DNA of 63,971 bases, counting the filler, from Phoronis australis (lineage: Eukaryota; Animalia; Phoronida), in the NCBI GenBank assembly GCA_002633005.1. It is 6 parts of 6 records of this genome, joined end to end, with 100 filler letters (N's around TTAATTAATTAA, not from the genome) between each part and the next. Parts side by side here need not be neighbours in the genome. Positions count along the whole stretch, not along the records: positions 35,496 to 42,310 come from NMRA01002106.1; positions 42,411 to 61,366 come from NMRA01000526.1; 4 more parts are not named here. One strand, 5' to 3'. Shown here piece after piece: positions 37,794-48,600 of the stretch. The notes under the pieces are model-generated. The model was not told where the DNA came from. It made no database searches and saw only the letters and a list, made by a program, of their open reading frames with translations. Numbering within the stretch: position 1 is the stretch's first letter; every line of letters starts with the position of its first letter. Both the position numbers and the translations under genes were made by a program.

Positions 37794-40700
37794 ATGGATG
37801 ATCTAACCACGGCCTTGGCGACCAGTTTTCAAGTTAGTAACAACTCTTTAACCACCGATGCCCCTCATCCTCGATTTTCTGACCTCTACAAAAACAGAGG
37901 AAAGTTCAAAGGTCAGGAAGAGCGTCGGCGAAAGATGTTAGAGCTTCAAAAGCAGTGAGATTTTCTTGTTTTGCTCTTAAACCAGTCACTGATTATGTAT
38001 GGTACTAGCATAACTGCCCTTGGGGTGAATATTTTTTTGAAGATGACAGCACAGCAGTCTCTCGAAAACCTGTTGTCATGAAGTCCTTCTCTCCTACTCA
38101 TAGCCAAAACGTGTCCAAAGTTTTGAAATAACCATCACTGAATTTTAAACCTCAAACTGTTATTTACTACTGAGATGTCATGAAGTTGAAGTGTTGGCTA
38201 ACCGAATCAAATATCACAAAATTTTGCTTTTCAAAGCTAGAAAGATGTTTAATGTGCAATATATTGCTATTCCCAACCTCAAATTTGCTGTTAACTTTGT
38301 ACTTTTCTTATCTTTGATACCTTTTGTTAAGATTTATCACACTCTCGGTTAAAAATGACAAATTCATGTGTTATGTTAGACGCGTGCTTAATCAGTTTTT
38401 CTGGGTCACGACAATTGGGATCACTGATCACATGACTTGTCACATGACAGTTAGGCACCCTGATCACATGTGTGCATCTTCTTAGATCTCTTGTGGGCTA
38501 GTTTTCCTACAAACTACGAATATGTTCCACGAAAACATCAACTTCAACCACTGTAATTAGTGGTGTTGCATTGTTTATGGTCACCTGGAGCACAAGATGA
38601 TGTCACCAAGTTGCATCATCCCGTCTCGGCTGAAGCCTTATTGCATTCGTGCCACTAAAACCATGTGTTTTTATTGTAGGAAGCGCTTTGATTACTTGAG
38701 TCATGTCCGTCGGTTGGTGGACAATGACTGGCAGGGATATGACGAGGTTGATGCTGACCAAGGTATTGATGAAGATCAGATGGACTATGAGACCTCTCTT
38801 CCAAAGCCCGGACACAGGTACAAAAATCAGGTAGGTTGATCAGGGCCAGGATTATAATAATGTGCTACACATTTGTTAGGAAGTCAAATTCTCACCATAA
38901 TTGGGTGCATACTCTCTCTGAACACAGTTGCTTATCATTTTTAGAACTTTCAATACCCCTCTCCCCCCCCCCCCCCNTGTCAATCAAGTAAATGTGGTCA
39001 ATTACTACATGGTTTTCGATGAATGAAAAAGTACCAAATGACAACAAAAACACTTCCTTGAACAATATTTTATTTCTATCCAGTGAATTTATCCAAGGAA
39101 TTTTAGAACCGGGCCTTTTGTCCATAATTTTGGACCATTTCAAATTTTAATTTATTTTAATCTGTGGACTTGTTATGTTCAATAAGGCAGACTGTGACAG
39201 AAAATAAAAAACTAATACATTATTACCAAAAACAACTTTGGAAAATATAGGTACATTGTTACCGTTATGTGGTATAATTTTCACCAATCAACGATAATTG
39301 CTGTCAAGACACCTGCAAAACCTTGGCAAGTTAGTGAGGTGTTACCATAGTTTTTGCTCGTTGCTGTTTTTAAGACTGTTGAAGGATTCATTACTAACAT
39401 CAACTCACCCGTTGAGAGGACCATCGCACTATGAAAACCGTAAGTGATCTGGCAAGCATTGTTTTGTATTTCAATACTTTTAGCTATGGGCAGTTGTATT
39501 CTATCCTGTACTAATTAGTTCAGATTGAAATAATTTATCTGCGCAATATTCCCTTGTCGCTTTTTTCTCAGTTTCCTTAATTGTTGCAGTTGATGCTCTC
39601 AGAATGGATGATGGAGGTGCCTATTGATTTCACAGATGAATGGCTGATGGTTGCTTGTCCTGTAGGAAAGAGGGCACTAGTAGTGGCATCTCGGGTAAGC
39701 CAAGGCTTCTTTAACTGAAGGTTGCTTGGAAGTGAGCCACACACTCAAGCCACACACTGTATACTGCAGGGCTTGGAATTTTCCGCGGAAACGCGGATTT
39801 CCACTTTTTTCAAATGTTCTTTCCGTGCATTTTATAATATTTCCGCGTAAAAAAATCGGATTTGATATAAAATTTCCCCGGCAAATTCCTTTCTTACCGC
39901 GGCGTTGCAGACGACGTTCACCTCGAAAAGCGGAAGTTGCTCTTTATGTTTCGGAGGAACGTAAATTGTCAACATTGCCGGGGCATCTGGGTAAGCGTGG
40001 TGGGATTTTCAATGACGTCTCATGTTATTGCAAACCGCGGCGACAAATACTACGGCTCTGCAGCCAAAAATGTGTGGGTTGGGAGTGGAAGGACGATAAG
40101 GACGAGCTAAAAGGACGCAGACGCATGCTACTAATGGTGGTAACGTTTTTTTTTTTTAGTCCTCCCGATTTTTGTCGGAGAAAGGTTCATATCGACCATT
40201 TCAAGGCTGGGGTAGCGCGCATGATTTGGGCCGTAAAAGTTTCCGCTTTTTTTGTCATTGGTCATTCCAAGCCCTGATACTGCCCCCTATTGCCGTTTTA
40301 TAGAATTGGCTGCTTTGGAGTGTTTGTTTGTTGCTAGACACAGTGACCGTCTAGATAACAAGTGACTTTTGAACTTAAATTGCCTGTTCATTGTTGCTTG
40401 AGGTCATGGTCAGTGCATAAAATCGTGCTCTTGTCCATTTCTGTGTGATGCTATCATGTAGTAATAGCTATTCATATATGCATTGTAACACCGTACAGAA
40501 AATGACGAATAGTATTGTATCGAGTGATCTTGCATAAAATGACCGTCCAGGTCAAGCAAACTTACCGAGTAATGTTTGAGCCTTAGCAAAGTGTCACTTT
40601 TCCTTAGCCCTGAATTAATATCTAATCTTTTCACTGAGAGCTGGGTGATTGCAGCTTTAGGTTTGTATCCAGTTGGAGTACTCGCTATTAGTATTTGGAT

Positions 40701-42055
40701 GGAATTGTAATCTCCATTAAAATATTAAATGAATTCAGTTCTTTTAACTAGGGCAAGACCCATAATTACACTAAAAGTGGTTATCGTGTGAACAGCTTCC
40801 CTTCACATCTCCCAGGTGGCAGCAGGAGTCAGTCAGGCCCTGGCAGTATGTCAACAGGTATATCTCATACTATTGAGCTTATGGCTTAAAGTTTGTTCTA
40901 ACCTATGGTAATGTGACACTGATTGCTTTAGATATGAATGTGTGCCAATGTTGAGGTCTAAACTTTTACCAGAGAACTCAGCTGTCAGAAATGAATACTG
41001 CAATATTTCATGCAAAGTTATCAAGTCCTGATTATTAGGCAAATTCTTAGCCTAAAAGGCATTGAAAGAATTAAGCAGTCGCGGTTCTATGGTAAGTGAA
41101 ATGAAAAAAAGATTTTCAAGTTTTGCGTGAAAAGCAATATCCATAAAAATTGCATTTGTTGGAAAAAATATGTTCACCAGACTGCACTATCTGAGCTTTG
41201 TTTTTTATGCACACAATGTCTTAATCATCAATGATTTTCAAAATATATGGTTTGATCACTTAAAAAATCAGCTTTTAAAAGATAATTACAATTTAAGAAA
41301 CTCGATCCTTGCTGTTAACAACAGGCAGGCAGTAAGATAAAGCAACCATGAACGCATTTCCCGTGATAAAATCAAGTTTTGATGGAGACCTCCTTCCGCC
41401 ATGAAAATGATCTCAAATATTTCCTTAAACAAAAGTGGAAAGAACTAACAGCTTGTTATTGCTTGAGGTTTGGCTCTACCAGTTGACTTGTTATTTGATT
41501 CACTGAACACGGTCTTGAGCAATAATAAAGGCTTAGTTCTTTGAAAGACCAGAAATCACATTACATCTCAGATTCTGAGTACGAAACAAGTTGAGACGTC
41601 AGTAATCTATATCAAAAATAACATCCATGTAACTTTAAAGTCAAGTGTGACAGTTCAATCAAGACGTGATAGGTTGGCAGGTCCAGTATTCAAGTCTCGG
41701 TTGGGGCAGAAATCTTTTGAGACTTCTTCATAGGTCATTTGACGTGGCCAGCAGGTGGCGTGCTGACCCCACTTAGAAATATTTACGTTATACATTTCCA
41801 CGCTAGTTTAAGGTTTATAGAGAGCAAGCCATAGTCTATTGCACATGCATTTTGATTTGTTGCAAAACTTCATGAAAAAAAGGAACAATAAATGGAAACT
41901 GTATTTGGCTAGCACCCCCAGCAGGGGTACAAATTGTTGTTTTGTTACGCATTACAGACAGCACCATTTTGGACTGTATATACTGTGAAAAGGAAAGTAC
42001 TTTCTTTGTTCTGGACGTCATGTGTTGGAACGGTCATCCAGTTATGGACAGTGAG
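37794..42055 (+). CDS. SNUPN: Snurportin-1 (m3G-cap snRNP import adaptor), first five coding exons; 3' part lost at the 42311 spacer
   Basis: Exons 37794-37954 ([15 protein letters not shown]...[11 protein letters not shown]...[13 protein letters not shown]), 38680-38830 ([17 protein letters not shown]), 39590-39694 ([11 protein letters not shown]...[13 protein letters not shown]), 40752-40857 ([11 protein letters not shown]...LPGG) and 41958-42055 (TILDCIY...[11 protein letters not shown]). Confidence 0.95.
39767..40276. mobile_element. hAT-like MITE with 6-bp TSD
   Basis: Perfect 13-bp TIR CAGGGCTTGGAAT / ATTCCAAGCCCTG; ATACTG at 39761-66 and 40277-82. Confidence 0.85.
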
Positions 42056-42612
42056 GTAAGCTATGCAGTAACTGTTCTTTGCTTATTTCTTTGTTTATTT
42101 GTTGCGAAGTGCTGGTATCTGTTTGCTGTTACACATTTTATCAAATCATTGACAACTTGCATTTTAGTTAAATGCATAAACTGTTCCACAGTACGTCACA
42201 GCACGTGAGGAAAGTAATCGGACACAATACCATCACAACGGCTAATGGTGCTAACAGCAAGAACTTGTAATGCCTATTAGAGCGACTAAATTCTAATTGA
42301 AGAATGGATCNNNNNNNNNNNNNNNNNNNNNNNNNNNNNNNNNNNNNNNNNNNNTTAATTAATTAANNNNNNNNNNNNNNNNNNNNNNNNNNNNNNNNNN
42401 NNNNNNNNNNATTTAGCTAGTGCTCTACATTCTGTTTGATGAAATATTTTTTTGTCAAAAATCAATCACTGTTCAGTTGTCCTTTCAGTAAGTAGTGAAA
42501 CACAGGGTAATTTACTTACATGGTTATGTAAATTTAGTAATTTCCTTTTATCATTAAATTAGCAGGTCATCATATCAAGCCATTTTCTCTAAACATTATG
42601 CTTATTTTTTAG

Positions 42613-45600
42613 GCCAAGCATTTCGTTGACTTTCGCCGTTGTCGAGTAATAGCCGGATCAGGAGGTGATGGCAGTGTTTCCTTTCTCAGTTTACCACGAA
42701 AGGAGTGGGCAGGACCAGATGGCGGCAATGGCGGAAATGGAGGACACGTGATTTTTAAAGGTTTAACACGTCTTGGGATTGTTATCAGCTTCTTTGCACT
42801 ATCACTTGACACTTCATGCTCGAAAGCTGTGGAGTGCTATGTTTTGAATTTTACAGTACGCACCAAAAATGATCAGACAAAATGTCCCAGAATTCCCTGT
42901 TATGACTACCATCAAGGTAGATAGAATCACCCAGCATGACTGGGCATAATGGTTATTGTCCATCGTAACATGAATATGGTATTTTGTCTGATGTTCTGTA
43001 GGCATGTTGTATGCACAAGTTCAGGATATGTGTTTCAGTGGCCAGTGTTGTTTCATTGTTATTTTATCTTTGTCAGGGGAAATAACTCTGAATTAAGGCA
43101 AGTTAATACTTCTACTGCGATTGTGACCTGGATGATTCTCCTATGTTTATCTCGCTTTGTTACTGTCAAGTTTTAGGGTTCTAAAAGTCGTGAAATATTC
43201 ATTTTAAGTTGTTTACCATCTAACATCATTAGCGTTTTGTTCTTTCGCCATGGTAAGATATGATTTGCACTCCTATGGAAAACTAAAATACAGCGTTACT
43301 ATTGACGAAATAGCTTCAGAATTTTGATATTAATAACAATGATCTGTTTGTACCTTTTAATAATGTTATACCCAATCATGTAGAGTATCCTGGAACCTAT
43401 GGTAAAAATTCTTCAGTTTGGGACACAATATGGTGGACAGGTTAAATTTCATTTTGTCAAAATTTCCCAAGAAACAGAATTTTTCAGGAAAATGTACTTT
43501 GCTTTTAGCATGGTTTTTGTATGATGTAGCTACTAACAAACAACATTTGGTAACATTTTGAGAATTTGCGACAATTTTCCAAGAAAAATATAAATGTGGC
43601 AATTAGAGCAATCATTCTTGTCCCAAACTGAAGAATTTTTGCTGTTATCTCTTGTGTCATTTACGCTATACAAACATTGGAGCTGTTTGTGCCGACTTGG
43701 TGCCCATATGTGTTTGCCTTTTGGCTAACAGCTGCAATGGAAATCAGGGGAGTAATTGTGCCAGAGTAGACACCATTGACACAAATGGCATGGAAATTAG
43801 AAACATCAAACAAACTTGTAGGAATGACGTTTGCACCTAACCCCAGTATCGTATAAGGAGTGGAGTTGTTATATAGCAACTTCCATTTGTGCTGGTCTGT
43901 TGTTCCTGCACTTACTAGTAGTTTTAGTGTAGTGTAAACGAGATCTTAAATTGAAGAGAAACATCGAAAATTCCGTTGGCCTATTTTGCTTAATTTAATG
44001 CATTGCTTTTTATCTCACAGCCGACTCCAATGTGAAATCCCTCGAGCACTTGCCTCCCACAATACAGGGTAACAATGGAGTTGACGGGAAGGGAAAGTGT
44101 TGTCATGGGAAGAGTGCTAGTCACACAGAAATTATGGTGAGCTGCAGGGTCTTATGAAGTATTTTTTCTTAAATTCTGTTGCTTTGTCAATTTGTCCTCT
44201 CTTTAAAAAATAGCAAAGTGCAAGGTTCAAAAATTTATGAGGACCCTTTATCTTAGTTTGAATTTGTATTTTTTGCCTATTTTACGTGAATTTTGGTGCT
44301 TAGCAACTGCCTTTGGTGAGTTTTGATGGCAAATACGCCAGACAATTGAATTAGACAACGAAGCACTATGAAACAGGTCTCAATTTACAAGATTCTTTGA
44401 GCTTAGGAATAACTGCCACGTCATTGCTGCTGAAGAGTGAACGTGTTACATTGGATTTAACAGGCTCATCACTGTATGCACTAAATAGCAATTTGGTGGG
44501 GGTGGAAATAGGCTAAAATGGTGACTGAATTGGACTTACTGGTTGGAAACTTTAAAATTAAAATACCAGGGAGTGCTAATTAATGGTGATTTGTTTTAGG
44601 TACCTATTGGGACTGTCTTTCGAGACGATGAGCGCATTGTTCTTGCTGATTTGAAAAACCAAGACGACATGTTCGTTGGTGCTCGTGGTGGTGCTGGCGG
44701 CAATGGCAACCATTTTTATCTGTCCAATGAGAACCGAGCACCAGCTTATGCGGAAAATGGGGCCCAGGGAGAGGACAAACGGCTCTGCATCGAACTTAGA
44801 ATAATGGCTCATGCTGGACTGGTAAGTTGGTGTTGAAGAATTTTACGATATGAATTTTTATCAAGCATCTTTATCTCATCACGTCTTTCACGTGACTATA
44901 TAGAAATTGTAATTGCCTGCGAGTGCATTGCATATAGGCATCTATTAGGGAGATGACGCTATCCTCTTGTTTTTAGATGGATTTGACTTAGTTTGCATCA
45001 CCTAGTGGCCATTTTTGCTGTTTTCGAGTCCACCCCTCTATCAACCACACCGCTCTAAGGATGATTGTGAAAATTAGCATGTAATACTATCTTCTTACTA
45101 TGAAGAGGATGGCTGAGGATGATTTTTCGATGATTTCGACTACTGTGGCACCTCCTAGTGGCATTTTTTAAGACCCTGGCTGTATCTCCTAAATCGTTTG
45201 CAGGATCTTTACTAAATTTAGCAAGTGTATTTATATGATTTTGTCAACGGACGATGACAGCTTTCGGACGGATCTGACTACCGGTGTGCCCCTAGTGGCA
45301 ATTTTAGTTTTTTACCTTTACCTCTGTATCTTCAAAGGTCCTCTACGTATTTCCATAAAAATTGGCATATAGGCATCTATTAATGAGATGAGTCTATCCT
45401 CCCGTTTTTGGATGGATTCAATGTAGTTTGCGCCACCTAGTGGCTATTTTTACTGTATTTGAGTTTTTTTTGGCATCCACCCCTCGATCAACCAAACCTT
45501 TTTAAGGATGATTTTGAAAATTGGCTTATATATTCTCAGTGCGAAGAGGACGGTTGACGATGACGACTTCGACTACTGTGGCGCCTCCTAGTGGTAATTT

Positions 45601-48600
45601 TATTTTAGTTTGTGCCTATAGCTGCATCACCTAAACCCACTGCAGGATCTTTATTAAATCTAGTAATTGTATTCATATGAAACTAACAACAGACGATGAC
45701 ATCTTTCAGGCGTATCCAACCAACGCTGTGCCTCACAGTGGCAATTTCATTTTTTCCGTTTTCCTTTGTTTCTTTGAAGTTCCTTGACAGATTTTTATGA
45801 AATTTGGTAACCAGCTTTCTAATTCTTTAAAGAAGCTATGGCATGTTTCCGTTTTCCGATGGATTGGATGCTTTTGCACCATGTAGTGGCCATTTTTATG
45901 AAACAAATAAACAACCCTAGATGCACACCATTTGCGATGCATTCGTGGGTGCATTTCAACACTCAGCATTGCTCTTGTCTATCTTTGTCTCATAAAGAGA
46001 CCGGATTTCATCTAAAGCAGGTTTTATCAGTTGATCATGAAGTGTTTGAATTACTTCAGACAATTTGAAGGCATTTTAATTAGGTCTGAGTCTCTGTGCT
46101 CACTGCCACGCAGTCAAGCAAATTAACAGGTAGCTGGGCAGTGATACCTAGAGGTCTGAAGCACAAAGTTTTTTGAGTTAATTTCTTTGTTTTTTCGTTC
46201 AAAGATGCGCCGTCTCTTGCAATAAATTTTGTAATCCATAGAGGATTTGCAGCCATTTCAATTAAAAAAGGATTGTAGAAGTAAGATAGGGTTCACATGT
46301 CCGTCAAACCAGAACTAGTCTCAATTGTTGTGAAAGATGCATGTAACACCTGGCTGGTTCTTCGCCAAAGTGATAGATGGCGTGCACTTGCCTATTTAAG
46401 CCGCGAACTTGACTGGATTCTGCAACACTGTTGTTACATGGCTGTGGCTTAGTGCTTTTGGTGAGCTTTAATCTTATTGCCCAAGAAAACCTATCAAGGT
46501 GCAAGACAGCTGGGTAAAATTTTAAGGATATATTCTGATCAATGAAGAGGCGCTAGTACATGCAAACAGTGTTGACATCTCCACACATTATCTAGGTCCT
46601 TATCAACCAGTTTGTACATTAAGCCAAATATCTACAAAACTATAGACTTTATTACTATAAGTTGGCAAAAGTATATATTATTTTCTGAAAGTAGGAATTC
46701 TGTTAATTTGATTTTTGACCTCATACCAATCTGCCATTTATTAGGTCATTTATAAGAACCTAACTTTTTTAGGAAAATTTAGCAAAATAGAAACTGGTGT
46801 ATTTATAGCAAAACAACAGGATCAACAAGTAAAGATGACCAAATTTTATGTGATATAAATGTTCAAAATAAAATCACGAAATCTCTATGACAGTTTTCTA
46901 AATTATAGTAAACAGTTTTGTTTTCATTTCATGTAACTTTAAAATTGTTCTTAAAAATGGTATATTAAGTCCTATTTCTTGATAGCACCTCATGCAAAAG
47001 TGGAACATTTTAAAAATATTATTCCAACCACGAATTTCTTAGAATAGGCCCACCAAACGTATGCCCATGAGTATATTTTTATTAAATTTTCTGTAATTGT
47101 TTACATCTTTTGAAAATCTGATAACTAAAGATGCCACTGTGTATTGCTGTCTACTATAATCTACCATATTGCATTTTGTATTGATGTAATTTTGCTTAAA
47201 TATGATATGTCCACTCTCTTTAAGTGTCTCCATTTTTGACCTGAATATGGAATTGCTTATTGCTATGTGTCGGCCATGCTGCCCTTCTTGAGGTACTGTT
47301 GCTCTCTCTGCTTTGTGTTCTCTATAAGTCTGTGGCACATTGCTGGCCCGATATCATCCAAAGCTGCCCATATTACATTGTGGAGATTCTCAAAATCTAA
47401 ATTTTCAGCAAATCTCGTCACTCTCACATTATATTTGTACATCTGCCACGCCACCTCAAGTGCGTTGAGATGCGCAAAATATGGCGGCAGATAGATAACG
47501 GTGTGCCCGTATACCTTTGCAAGGACCTCTGCTCTGGTCTGTTCATTCTTCTTCTTTTTGCTACCATTTTTGTTGCGCTGTTGTGTTGTATTAACACCAA
47601 GGTCCCAAGAAACCTTCGTCTTCGGCAACACTGGGTGATGAGAAGTGTAGTTCCTGTGGTAAGATGCATTGTCCATAATTATTGAGCACGATCCGTAATG
47701 GTGCCGTGCTTGAATGCACACATTTTCAAACAGCATGTGAAAAGTATCGCTGTTCATGTGAGAGATGTTAAGAGCACAGTCAGTCATGTAAACGTGTCGC
47801 ACTCCAGGAACCCATCCATTTTCTCCCATGGCGTCGAATATTGTCCATTTCTTAGAAACTGTCCTCGGTTTCTTATTGCCAAATATTTTGTCTGGGTCAC
47901 CTTTGCATTTGCCGTTTAGGTGTTCATTCTTCTTGTGATTTACTATATACGATTCATCCAAGTAAACCCTGTAGAAGTTTTTGTTGTCATATTTGTGCAC
48001 AGTTTTGATGAATTTTTTAACATGCTCAAACGTGTGCTTATTTACGACTGGCTGGTCTCTTAAGCAGTTGACCTTCAGAAGTGCTGTGGCGATGGAAAGT
48101 TTCCGGATTGCTGCAGACGCTTTCACAGTTCCTTGATGGCATATGACAAACATGTCTGGCTTGAACAGTCAAATTTCCCAAAATGCATCATTTTTCAAAA
48201 GCATGATTGTGATAATAAGTGTATTATGCTTTATGAAAAGAAGGAAAACTGCAGATTAGGATCTGTAGCATTGGTGGATTTCTGTTCCAAAATGCAACGC
48301 AATTCTTAACTCTAGGATTGCCAAAATCTCAACATTTTCACAAGACAGTGCACAATACTTGCACTTTTCTCTCTCATAAGTGTTTCATATCTTGTTGATA
48401 TTTTATAGACCAGTATTAATATTTAAAAGGTTTGGTAATCACCATTGATGCTGTACACTGACTTAAAGAAACGGGATTATCCTATCCAAACAGTTCTCCA
48501 TGTCCTTTGTGAATTTAAATAGCAATAAATAAAAGCATTTTATTTCTTTCTTGCACTGCTTATTTTTATGACATCAGATGCGTATGCAAGCTGCATATGT

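Noticed and set aside
39726-40277. 183-aa ORF in a SNUPN intron
   Set aside because: It coincides with the hAT-like MITE and has no recognisable domain.
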